64,000 nucleotides of DNA from Laetmonice hystrix (lineage: Eukaryota): NCBI GenBank assembly GCA_965235115.1, contig OZ249444.1:18042001-18106000 (forward strand). Reading direction: 5' to 3'. The translations under genes and the position numbers were made by a program. Below are positions 39,526 to 51,892 of the stretch, one piece after another (within the stretch, counting starts at the first letter, position 1; the number at the start of each line of letters is the position of its first letter). The notes beneath the pieces are model-generated. The model was given only the letters and a program-made list of their open reading frames with translations, made no database searches and was not told where the DNA came from.

Positions 39526-42500
39526 ATGCGGGCGATATTTTCTGTTACATAGATGGATAGTGCATGCTGGTATTATGCTCGTCTACTGGGGCGTATAACG
39601 TCTGCAGTTCGTTTAAAATTATTACAGGCATTTTACCTTGAACAGCGTCTCGCTCATGGTGAAGTTCATTCTGTTGTCAAACGATGCTGGTTTGTATGTC
39701 TGTAAAGTGCAACCTATGGCGTTTACAGGAAGAGAAGTAGTATACTCCCGCTATCATTATTCATTAGGCGCGAGTCGGGGTCAAGACCAACACAAAAAGA
39801 TCGTGCAAAAAGGCCCGGGAAAGTGAAAGTCGGGAATGCAACTATAATGATTCGCCCTCAGGAAAAATCTCCAGTCCCGGGTCTATACGTGTGGGCCTAC
39901 ATACATTCCTGTGTGCATAAAACAAAAGAAAGGCCGCGATACAATGACGCATTGTCAGAGGCAATAAAATAAGGAAACAGTAAAATTGTGAAGTGCAAAA
40001 ACATTAGTATACTAACTTATAAACATGGTGGAACCTTTCTAAGGCGATCGTCAGATATACCACAATATTTACTGCATCAACAGAAAATAGTTGAATGCGC
40101 AAAAAAAACTATTTATACGTTATTCTCGACCAGTGTCAATATATTTGTGCGGAATATATTGTCTGGAGTCTCATCTGTACGCTCAATTATTACCGATACT
40201 CTGAACAGGGCCGTGGATTCTATAACTTAACTTAAGCATTCCACCAACCCTTCCCACTTTCTTGTTCTAACATCAACACATTTACAGAAATAAAATCCTT
40301 CGCCTGCCATGGTTTACAACATTCCGGTTGCACTTTTGTGTGCATGTAAACAGTTTTCTATTCATACTTTGAACATCGCTAATTACATAGTGCCGTTGAC
40401 AGCTGATTTCCCCCCTATGAGATAGCATGGAGCATGGCGCTCCCAGGGCGATGCCTCCACCTGCAGGAAGCGCCAGTTATGGCTGCGGTTCTTTGTTCTG
40501 GCGCTGTCGACACGAGCGGTGGCCAGCCCCTGGTCCACGCGCCACGCCTGCCCTATATCAGGGCTAGCTTTTCTTGGCCTCCACGTCACGAACGCCACTT
40601 AATGACGTCACGCGTTATTCTAATCCTCAAATACGTCACTCATTCATGTATAGGCATAGACTTGCACATATAACCTACGTAAGTCATAATTTACCATAAG
40701 ATTGTGCTTCAATGTGTGTCAATAAACGGACCTGGCCATTACGCAATATTGGCACTTCGTGCCGACTCTATTTAAAGGTGGATATATTTGAGATGAAACA
40801 TAAAATCATGAGACCTTTGGTTATTGAGTCAACCATGGGCACGGTCAGTGAACAGGTAAAATACACCGGCGGTTAATACAGGATATGTCACCCACAGTTT
40901 GTTTGTGCTGTGCTGGCTTCATGCCTACAATTCACGCCCACCCAACCTGTCGGAACTTCCGTCTATTTCTGCAGGCAGCAATCAAATTATATCTTTGTAA
41001 TCTCTATAACATTAGTTATCTACGAATATGTTGTTTATATACTTTGCCATACAAATAAAACAAGGCTACATCATGGTATCATCCAAAGACTATTTATAGA
41101 GATGGACGCTATCAAGCTTACCTCTACATAAATAACAATCTTTCAAAAGAATTGACCCAAAATACCAAATCTCCCGTCTCCAGGCTTAGCACTTAAATCA
41201 GTGGAAACCTCCGGCTGTTTGGCCTGTGTTATTGAAGGTGTATGGTTCAATACTCCTTGACATCGCCTCTGATTGTTGCCTCAAAGCCGTGACAAAGTGA
41301 CGGGAAGCACATAGTTTTGATAAGGCCCTCTCGCTCTATAGACTATGTATATACCTCCGGATATCTTAAATCCTGCGTCCTGTAAACAGGCACGGTCTAA
41401 CAGAGGCCGTTCCGTGGCTGAGATACATTCCCCATTTTTAGAATGCGTCTATTTGATTACGAGTCAGGCGGAGATTGCCGTCACGAGATCAGCGTTCAGT
41501 GGTCGGCAAAGTCCGCCGATATTAACAGGCACTGTAGTCGAAGACGGCCGACGTATCGTTACATGTTTACGTGCCGCCATCACGCCGGCGTGCTGACAAC
41601 TACCGGGCCGTAATATCTCGTTAACTGCCACTACATCTTCCAGCAAACACGGCCGTCTATAACTCTTCACCACGTATCATATTTAATTCATATTCCAAGA
41701 GCATGAAAAGGTCGAAGGGCTTCGAATCGACATGGGGGGTCGTTATATTTAGTCTCCTTTAGTTGCGAGTGACTGATAGAATTAGAAAATGCTTGTTAAA
41801 AACGTCAAATAAACATGATAACAGGTGATAAGATACCGTTTTGGTGTTTGAAACAAAGGATATTATTATAACCAACGAGACGTTGTTATAACGTATAACA
41901 TAGCAATATAATTGAGAAAGGTTGGAGAAGTTGGCAGGGGGTGGCAATAATTACTCTGTCATATATGATATTGTTCTATCCCCGTCCCTTCCCAAAGCAC
42001 CATGACGTCAATGTACCATGGAGCACTCGAGGAAACACGTCTCATCTAGCTATGTATGAACCAAACAGGTATCCCTTTTTTCTCATGCAAAGGTGATTCG
42101 GTGGAGTATTTAACAGATCAACATGAAAGGTTGGCCATGGAGCCACCTGACCGCGGGCGGGCAGTAGGTGGGAAGGCGAACCACCACAGCAGATGGCCCG
42201 GCCCACATCGCCGCTGGCGTATAGAAACTCCGCCATTGTGCGGGACGACTGTCTGCTGGCCACTGTACTCAGACACTATAACGGCAACGTCGTCCATTGA
42301 AAAAAAAGATAAATATTACGTATAGTGTTCATCATATAATTAGTCTTAAGTCTATACATCTTCATTAACAAACGACGCTAAGGGGGCGTAATTAACACAA
42401 ATAATAATTTGCCAACTTCATCAACACGTTAAATTAGTACAAAAAACATTTGAATTGGTTAAGTCACTTGCTAAGTCCCTACTTCCTCGTCCGTGACCAC

Positions 42501-44579
42501 TCCTGAGCCGCATATGACGATGGAATTTATTCCGACAGAAAATAAAGATTCTATCTTGCGTGACCTCACGGCTATGTAATGATCCCACTTGTAGGTCTGT
42601 ATTCAGGTCGCTCTAACGCAAGCAGGTCCATCCAATCATGAAATCTGCATCGCCCAAACTCACCTATGAATATTATTTTAAAGAAGCTAGGATTACTTTG
42701 TGCATGTATTGAATGTCTATGACGCCAGGTCAACACCGAGTGCGACCTCACTGCGGTAACAACGTTACGTTTTTATTGTCCCCGCCATCACGGGGAAACC
42801 CGACCCTGGGACGTTTCCTGACTCTTTCATAGCATGACAAACCATCTTTCACGTGCCACATCACATCGACCCAATGCGGTACCATGTTCTGATATGCAGA
42901 CCACGTTCTCATCAACGATACGCGAGCCATGATCAGTGGCGGCCAGCCATACCTTGCCATGACGATGTAGTCGATGTGTGTGCGTTACTGGGTGAGTTCC
43001 TGGTGTGACACGCAGTTCACATGAACGCCAACTGCATGTGCTTCCGGCCACTGAGGCCTGATATACACCGCCGCAGGGTGGCGCGACGGGCGGCATCCTT
43101 TGGCGGGGAAGTAAGGACCCAAACCCCAGTCAGACCAGTGTGCTATTTTCTACCGGCCGCTTAGACAGTAAACAACGAGAAACGCCGCTGCCTATAACCG
43201 TCGAGCCAATCTCGCGGTCTTCTCTCCCAAACGGTCGCTGCTTATTTCCGTGCGCTAACGAGCGCAACGCACCGTTATCGCGGGATAGAAATGACGTCAC
43301 GGCAAACAGACGATGCTATTTTTCCTCGGACCTTCGACGTTCGGTTGGCGCTGTATCTTCATAGTACTAAATGTGTATCGGTATTATTGGAAATACTGAA
43401 TATTACTGCAGGCACCATATCTTGACGACATGACCGCTGAGAATACAGTTGGCCCAAACAACAAACGTCGATCGGATGAAATCTACAGCCAAAATGTTGT
43501 GCGCCTCTCTCTGGCAATCGACTCGATGGAAGATATTAACGAGGGTGATGCGTCTGCAAGCCGCACAGACCAAATTAATCTTCAGTCAGTGGGTCCTAAA
43601 TCCGACGGTATGTTGATATGTATTCATCCTTTATGGCCTCTCTACCCAATAAAGTCCTATTAACCCCGGTGTTTGTGTATGTCATGTGTTGAGACGGACT
43701 CCGTCAAGGCCAGGTCGCTCAGGTATGCCGCGCCGTGCCCCACTTCTGTATCGTGTATACACGTCAAACCACGTTTTATCTGTGCACAGACTTCTGATAG
43801 ATTTGCAGCCATGGACACCCGAGAAGGCCACACCAATTAACAATTTGCAAGATGAGCCACGAAAGGGGTTTGACACTCTTCTTGATAGCCCATACCTTAA
43901 CCTTTATGTGTGAGACAGAGGGCCATGGACAGAGAGAAAGACTTGACTTAAAAAGTCGTCTGCCTAACCTCCCTCTCGGCGAAAAAAGGCGCGAATCGAT
44001 CAAGGCGTGACTAACGTCTTTTATCATTTTAAGGAATCTTTAAAGGTCGAAGGAGGACCACATCAATAATGCACTGACGCTTCTGTTGCTAGTTCCGTAT
44101 GCCGCCACAAAACAGACGAAAATAAACCCGAGAGAAACGACGCAACCGAACACTCAGCTCACTTCCGTTTTCTAGCTGAAAAGGTCGCCATTTTAATCTG
44201 AACCAAGTCGGGGTACCCAAACACGTTACACAACGTGTCCTTGTCGAAAACCCCCGGGGAATTTGGACAGTCCCGCTGGTTGAACTCAATCTGCGGCTAT
44301 CGACATCATCGAAGGCCTGAATGTCTAGTCGTCACCATGAATCGCAGACACCATAATCGTTATGGAAACAAGTGCTTTCAACGAATCTGTCTTGAATTGC
44401 GGGCGGTCAATTGTAGACGGGGTTTTCCGGTGGCATGGACGGCTCGCTAAATAACGTAACGACCGGGTGTACATTGCCCTGTGACGTCATTGATCGAGCC
44501 TATCAAATGCCTTCTTACAGCGCGCGACATGTTTGTCTTTGGTAACGGCCGTAAAGTGAATCGTGTTATCGCGATTGAT

Positions 44580-44658
44580 GGACGTATACTATACGGGGGT
44601 GGACGTATATTATACGGGGGTAGTCGTATATTATACGGGGATGGTCGTATATTATACG
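44580..44658. repeat. 21-bp tandem repeat, about 4 copies
   Basis: cgtata(c/t)tatacgggg recurs at 44583, 44604, 44625 and 44646. Confidence 0.9.
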
Positions 44659-45597
44659 CTCCGACGTTGTTCATACGACTGACGCTTGCAATGATTTTTA
44701 TATTCCCGGAATTGTTTTTAAAGGCAATCAGCGGCGTGGCTGCACGTTAATGCTCCTTGTACTCGTCCATTAAAAAACAATGAAATGTTTTTTTTCACTT
44801 TCTGCGACGTGTGTTTAAGAACAACTCAAAATACCTTTCTTATGTAGAACTATAATGCATGCACTCCTGTTCCGCAACTCATTTATGAAAAAACGATGTG
44901 CGATATGTTGATTGAGAAAACGGAAGCCATAAGTGAGGTCTACCGATTGGTATACAACGTATACGAAGATTCAAAAAGACGAATGGGCAAATAATTATAC
45001 AGAACATGTATACATACATAGACGCGAACACGTGTGCTGTGCGTATTTTACGTGTACAATCCCTCCGTACTCGACAAATAAACGTAAACATACGCCTACA
45101 TCCATAATACATACATACATGCACACCCATACATGCATACATAATTATCATAGACTACCACTAAAAATATTCATATATTAATCTCGTGAGTTATTTTTGT
45201 CAGGTTCAACAAAAGCTGAGACAGCCGTCGTAACCCCCAGGGCCGCTCCCCTCCCCGGCACCCCCCCCCCCCCACCCCCCCACCTCCCGGGCACGACGAC
45301 GACGGAGACGCCCTCGGTGTTGGCAACGTGTATAGAGATAGTGCTCGCGCCTGTGACCGGGGGAGTGCTCGTTGTATCTTATCGGTGTGTTATAAACACA
45401 TATCGCAGTGTTCAACGCACACGTGAGGGCAGTGCGTGGGTGTGGGTGCGTCATTCCACCACCTCTGTGCCTTCACCACATGTGCCAAGGCTTTTACGAT
45501 TTTTAAACGTAGGATGGAGGATTTCCTGCTAATCCTTGCGTCCGTAGCTTGGTGCACATATAATTGATATGTGTCTATGGTTACCAAAACAGCTTAC

Positions 45598-45669
45598 CTG
45601 CTGTTTGAGTCCGCGTCCGCGTTGTCAATATTACGTGCTGTTCTTTTCGTCGACGTCTCACGTCCACAA
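45598..45669 (-). CDS. BCOR: BCOR-like small exon (72 nt, phase 1-1): (V)VDVRRRRKEQHVILTTRTRTQTA(A)
   Basis: Acceptor gccttctcag|TT and consensus donor CAG|gtaagc. Open in phase 1; the phase-0 reading hits TGA at codon 4. Confidence 0.7.
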
Positions 45670-46772
45670 CTGAGAAGGCAGCGATTTAGACATTTTACAA
45701 TAATACTGATTATGATATTAATTATGATTATATTATCAATTAGTTACAACAATATAAAAGCAGCATTAGTATGATATATTATTAATGAAAAAAATATATC
45801 TATATTACTAAGTTAATTTTGTAAAGATTCTTATCCTAAATATCTTAAATAAAAAATTGAACGCTGATGACGCAGGGGTATGTGAAACGGTGACCATGGG
45901 GAGCGTTCCTTTGTTGCTCTTTTAATCACGAACTTCCCACGCTTGACATTTAACATGTAATTCGCATGCGACGAGCGTTACATGCTTGTAACGTACGGAT
46001 CGTGTTGTTGACTTCGGTTACCGCAACTCTCGGCTTAAACATTCAGCTATATGCTGGATATATACGGAGGCAGTGTATACGGCACCTCTGCTACATGCAG
46101 ATCACACACTTTCGTTGAAAAAAAAACGAATAAAAGGAAGGAATAAATTGCTAGAGCGAAGGCCTTTCTGATAGCACCTCGTATGAATCGAGAATCTCTT
46201 CGCTTAGAGCGCCCGACCTTCTGCTTCTATCCTCATGTCCTTTGTATTCATTATCTATCACATTGTCGTGCAACCCCCTTACGGGCGCTCAAACCTTCTC
46301 CAGCGTTCAAAGTGTAACTCAAGGTGCGCGCGGTGTTCACAAACGCGCTCCGCATACGCCATGATGTGAAATCAATAAATAGTGTCGCCAAGCCGTACTT
46401 AACGTGGCCATCCTAAGAGGTCGGGCAACACCGCCCGCCCGTCACGCTACCTTCATCTTCTGTCATCTTTTTGTATTTACTACACAGTGAATATCTGGTG
46501 CTTATTGAGTCCAGGGGTCGGCCGCATTACGCAATTTATATATTTATCGTTACACGGCTACAAAGGTTAATCTTTATAAAGCCATTCAATGTAAGCCTAT
46601 GGCCTTAAGCAAATGTTAAACAGCAGGTTTAAAAAAAAGTTATTATTATAATTATATTTATGATAATAATTATTATTAACATTTTTATATTCCTATCACG
46701 ACTCAGAATCTAGAGCAGCACACCAAGGCAGCACCTGGACGTCTGACGTAACAGAAACAGCCGATCTGCCGT

Positions 46773-46816
46773 AACCACCACCACCACCACCACCACATCC
46801 ACCACCACCACCACCA
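46773..46816. repeat. (CCA)n microsatellite, one interruption
   Basis: accaccaccaccaccaccaccacatccaccaccaccaccacc. Confidence 0.92.
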
Positions 46817-47044
46817 GAACATAATACAGCAAATCCCGGTTATAATCAGGGAAATCATGCCTATATTTTCATTTATGATCTTGCACGTTTTAAAAAAAAC
46901 GAATCCCAATATTGACAGAAGTATACATAATACGCAATAGAGGGCACTCACGGACAGACATAATTTAAGAACAAACACCAGCACAAGCTATACAAATACA
47001 ACCCAAGCATATCAACGCACACCCTCAGCTAGGAATCTACGTAC

Positions 47045-47087
47045 CTGGTTGTGCGGCTCCACGAGTCCTTTTACGGGCCAGGCCGTC
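47045..47087 (-). CDS. BCOR: BCOR-like small exon (43 nt, phase 0-1): DGLARKRTRGAAQP(V)
   Basis: Acceptor attttgtctcttcag|GAC and donor CCAG|gtacgt. Open frame. Supplies the phase 0-to-1 change needed between the giant exon and the next exons. Confidence 0.72.
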
Positions 47088-48217
47088 CTGAAGAGACAAA
47101 ATGGTGTCACATGAAATCTGGGTCCACAATTAGATCGTAACGGGAACCACCCGAAAAGTAAATTATGATGCACGAACCTACGACCGCCGTCACATTATCT
47201 ACATCAGCTCCTTAATATCACCATGACGTCATATCTTATTTATAATAGGTGCTCTTGCCAATGAGTGCCGAACAAATCATCACAAGAGCTCAAATATTCT
47301 TCATAATAACGGAAAATTCCGACGTAATAATCATTCCATACACTGGCTATAGTCTATACAGTCCTTATCCACGGATGTGTTTACAGTTATGAGCCTAGGC
47401 ATATATACACGACGTCAATATCAGCCGTGACGCCGACTCCACGCGTAATGACGTCACAATCCTCCCTAAATGGGACCCGGATATCCGACCGGGTCGGATG
47501 TGTCGACGTGGCGATCGACCTTCACTTGGCGTAATCGGAAAAAGAAAAAGGCGACTGTACAAACGGGGTTAGTCCTATCGATTATCGTGTCGCAGCATGC
47601 ATTCAAAGTATGAATATTTCACCAAGGATTGCCGTCAGCCGCCGCGCCATACAATGGCCTTAATCGGCCAAACGATGCGAGTTTGGGTGGGGAAAGGTAT
47701 TAAGCAATGCGGGCGTGTCGAGGTTTCTGTGGTGTTACGCACGTCATGCATGGAGTAATACTGTCTCGACGTAACCTGCCTCCGTTTTCAGGCTTGTCTT
47801 TGGTGCCAGCCTTCACGGAAGACGAGACGGTCAATAACATTGGCGGTTGATAACTGATTGCCCATGTCGACAATGGCCGCGCGGTGGAGGGATAGAGGCT
47901 GGGAAGGGATTGGCCGGTGAGGAGTTGGGGGGGGGGGGGGTACGGGGGGAAGGGTCGATGCTTACTGTATCATCGTTGCAGCGATACCTAGCTAAAGATA
48001 TAAACATGGTCTCTCATGCTTTACATTAGAGATGACATAATTATATAGTTAACGGTAGACCACATAAGTTAACAGACGTAGGCCCTATGGTCATGAGTAT
48101 ATTAGTTTTATATTTAAACACACGATTAATATGCATGGTTTCAGCCCCCGCGCTTAACGTTCTTATGAACTTGATCTCTGCTATGCGGTGTTAGCCTTGA
48201 ATACTTTCCCAGTAATA

Positions 48218-48620
48218 CAGGGTGTCCCCCCAAAAATGCACAACCATATATTTGCACACCTGTCACATTTGCGAGCTTCACATATCTTATAGGGAATCTT
48301 TCTTCAAGCATAATGGTCTTTATTCCATCCTGATTGGTCAATGCATTCACGAATTATGTTAGTTTTTGTTCATCAAAGTCATGCCTCTGAATGGCACTGT
48401 CAGGCAGCGTGATGTCCATGAGGATTACACGTCACGCTGCCTGGCAGTGCCATTCAGACGCACGACTGTGATGAACAAAAAGTAACATAATTCATGAATA
48501 GATTGACTAATCAGGATGAATATTCTTAAATCAAGATTCCCTATAACATATGTAAAGCTCGCAAATTTGACAGGTATGAATTTTTTTTTTTTTTTTTTTT
48601 GGGGGGGGGGGGGCACCCTG
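48218..48620. mobile_element. Foldback Tc1/mariner-type MITE (403 bp), almost entirely palindromic
   Basis: TA|CAGGGTGTCCC ... GGGCACCCTG|TA. Arms of about 190 bp pair imperfectly. The innermost 27 bp (48386-48412 and 48432-48458) have one mismatch around a loop of about 19 nt. Confidence 0.85.
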
Positions 48621-48802
48621 TATAATACACATTGACATCAACACGTATACGTACGAACCATTCCATGCACCCTTATTAATGCACATACATTTTTTTAAGG
48701 TCCCGCTTCACGGTGCAGAAAAGATGGACCGAGAGACGTGAGGTATTTACCTGGTAAACATATCTCATGGAGATGTGAAATAGTGGGCCTGTCCACCTCT
48801 GG

Positions 48803-49010
48803 ATATCAGCCAACAAATTCCCCGACTATGATAGGAGGCGTAAGAAAACCTAGAACATGCGGATCACATAATATTTTTAGACCGAACTCGACTCTGCAGT
48901 AATCCTAAAGACGTGACTGAATCCCGTACAATGCTGGTAGAATAGATTGAGTTCGGTCTAAAAACCTTACGCCTCCTATTATAGTCGGGAAAGTTATATT
49001 AGGCTGATAT
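48803..49010. mobile_element. Degenerate foldback element
   Basis: ttccccgactatgataggaggcgtaag pairs with cttacgcctcctattatagtcgggaa, and tttttagaccgaactc pairs with gagttcggtctaaaaa. A 9-bp direct repeat tacctggta at 48748 and 49047 may be a TSD (uncertain). Confidence 0.6.
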
Positions 49011-50484
49011 AGGCTATACAAAAATGTTTAAGACGGTGGAATTTCCTACCTGGTATATAAAGTATTAGGACGCAATCTTTTATACTACTATATCCCATCT
49101 AATTTCAGAACTGCTCAGTAACAAAGAGCAACTAATTTCTTGTAATTAGACAGTTTTTTTTTCTGTGGAGGGAGTTTTATTAAAATTACTTTGTCTGAGA
49201 ACACCTATATGCCCGCATGTTTATGTGCATGGTCGTTTATTCACAGAGACATCCATTTAGAATCTATGACCGTAATATAACCCGCATTGTTCGCAATCAT
49301 TTTACATTTGAATCCGCTGCGGGCTCTATCATAATTTGACGTAACATTTGACTGAAAGGCGCGGACACTGTGACGGATATAGGTCAACCGATGCCAGTGA
49401 CGCGTGACAGCGACACCAAAAGGTCATCAGATAAGATTAGTTCACGCCAGCGCGAGATCACGTCTCGGAACGCTGTGACGTCATCGTCACGGGACGGGTC
49501 CAGTTATCGCGAGATATTGACCTTGGGGACGAGGCGTAATTGGATAGAAGCGCGCAGTCGGGCGTGAGCCCTTCTTCCGCTGCGACTAATCTGTTTAGAA
49601 ACGCGCTTCTAATAAATATCGATCGTTGGGCTAGAGTCGGATCGCATTGATCGCTAGTTTATAGGTGTTATCCCATACGGGTGGGAGAAACGCTGGCGTC
49701 TCATGTCGGCTGTGCAAATCGCTTCCGACACAAACCGCGTTTCGTCTTCTTTTCACCCAAGACTCGTGTAGGGTCGTCTTTAGAGTGGGGGCCGCAGCTT
49801 TTGCTGGGTAGGTTTCCGTAATACGACCAGTGCAATATATTACAGTCGCGGATCGATTGAAGTACGCAGACGGTGGAGCTTGCAGCAGTTGCCTGATACC
49901 GTCCACCCATTATAGTGAATCGGGCACAGCCGACACGGTACGTAATTTCGGACGTTCGCCGATTGCGAAGGCATTCCAAACGAGATAGAACGCTTATATT
50001 GGGAGACGTGTGTCGAGTCGATTTAGAGAATTCCACTTACGCACCGCTTGCCAAAACACTCACGCAAACCTGTCTAACGTCGGTTCCGTCAAGCCCAAGC
50101 TTCAGTAGGATCATGCACGCTATACGGAACTTTTCAGAGCGGCGGGCAATTCAATCAACTGATATTCAATACGCTTATACTTATGTGAATAAAATATACT
50201 TCAGGTTGTATTGCGGGTCGAGGGGGATTTTTTCCAATACACTTCAGCCTTGAACCGTACCTTATTGGCTATAGACTGCTGTTTAGGGAATTATTGTGAA
50301 AACCATGGTCTATAAGTAGTCTTATAGGGAGGGCAAAATTTCTTACATTTATAAGCTTATCCCGCCTAACCTTATGCCCTAATGACCGTACACAAAGGTA
50401 CATTTTGGTTTTTCTCAGCGTCACTTCATTAGCGAGAATAAAAACGGAAGTAACGCCTAAACTTCGTGTCAGTGCCTGCAAAAT

Positions 50485-50870
50485 GTAAATACTCTACACC
50501 TGGCGCAGCTAAGCAATCTGATTGGTCCATTTGTACCACGTGACCGTCCCGAAAATACGATATGGGACGGCTCGATCTGGAAACCATAGAAACGACGTCA
50601 AAGTAGAAGCAACGTCGCACAGAGAATGATAGGAAGATGTATAATATAGCAAGTTGATGATATAGCACAGAATGGATGTACAATATAACAAATGTTGGAT
50701 GGCAGCTCGTCCACTATACAGTTTACGGTACTCTGAAAAGCGATAATATGGCCTCGGCTTCGCCTCGCCCATTATCGCTTTTCTTCGTCCCGTAAACTGT
50801 AGAGTGGACTCGCCGCCATCCAATATTTGTATAATATTGCCAGCGACCGGGTGTAGGCTCCACTTAATTC
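50485..50870. mobile_element. Non-autonomous foldback DNA element with central hairpin
   Basis: Arms 50682-50747 and 50771-50838 pair around the loop atggcctcggcttcgcctcgccc. Outer degenerate inverted repeat ctacacctggcgc / gcgaccgggtgtag. Confidence 0.6.
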
Positions 50871-51734
50871 TTTTCTCAATAATGAAGCGACACTGAGACA
50901 AACGAGATGTACCTTCGTGTCTACTAACATTAGAGCATCACGTTGGTTGTCGTTTTTTTATTAGGTTTCGGACAGGCTTATAAATATATCTTTGCCCTGG
51001 CTTTAAGGCTTTATCAACCATTGCATTTGTGAAAGCGATTAAACCGCCCCCAAAAAATTACAATGTGGAGCAATTGGGTGCGGCTGGGTTTCACACGGCC
51101 CAGGATTTTGAAGTCCTGTCCTGTGTACCCTCAAAGTACCAGTGTTCGACTCAACCGTATCCTTGTGTCAGGCCAAGCGTCTCGCCGGGGACAACCATAT
51201 CTATTTTGGACCAGTTTCAGTTCCGTATGGGTCACGTGGTGAACCGACCCTGACGGCTCCGTCTGTGTCACGCCCGAGTGATTATCAAGGCCAATGGATC
51301 CTCGGATCCCTCCTCCAATATTTTTACAGTTTATCAAAATTCACAACAGGGAACTGGCGTCTTAACCACTCTATATGAACACATGATGGCAGGCTGACAC
51401 TTTTGCATGTTATCATACAGTCCTAGTTTTTCAACTTTAGTTATATATTACACTGTTAACGATAGAAAACACTGAGCTTCAAGCCATGCACTGACTGTGA
51501 AATTAAAGGCCGTAAAATACCCACAGTGCCTCTGAAGTGTTCGTATAAGATTTTTAAGCTACTCTACGCTGGTTGATATTTAATGTTCTATTTATCTATT
51601 CGTCGATCTGCTAGTTTTTTTTTTAAAGACACGCTGTATACCATGCCCTGTGACAAACATGGAGATGTAGATTTAACTCAATCCAACATTGTTATGCCTT
51701 CATCAGTTGATCCCCCAGCTGCTGTATATAAGCA

Positions 51735-51892
51735 GGGGGCCTCGGGTGGCCGAGTTTGCTCATGACAATAGGACCATCGCCTCACACCAACACTGCGGTC
51801 CGGGTTTGATCCCCGGCCTGGGCATCATCTTCACCGCCGTGATATGACCCTGGCTGTTGCAAGACGTAAAACCCCCAAATACCCACCCACCC
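51735..51892 (+). mobile_element. tRNA-derived SINE
   Basis: Pol III A-box-like GGTGGCCGAGTT and B-box-like GGTTTGATCCCC (one change from GGTTCGANNCC), a short body, and a simple-repeat tail acccacccaccc. Confidence 0.72.
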
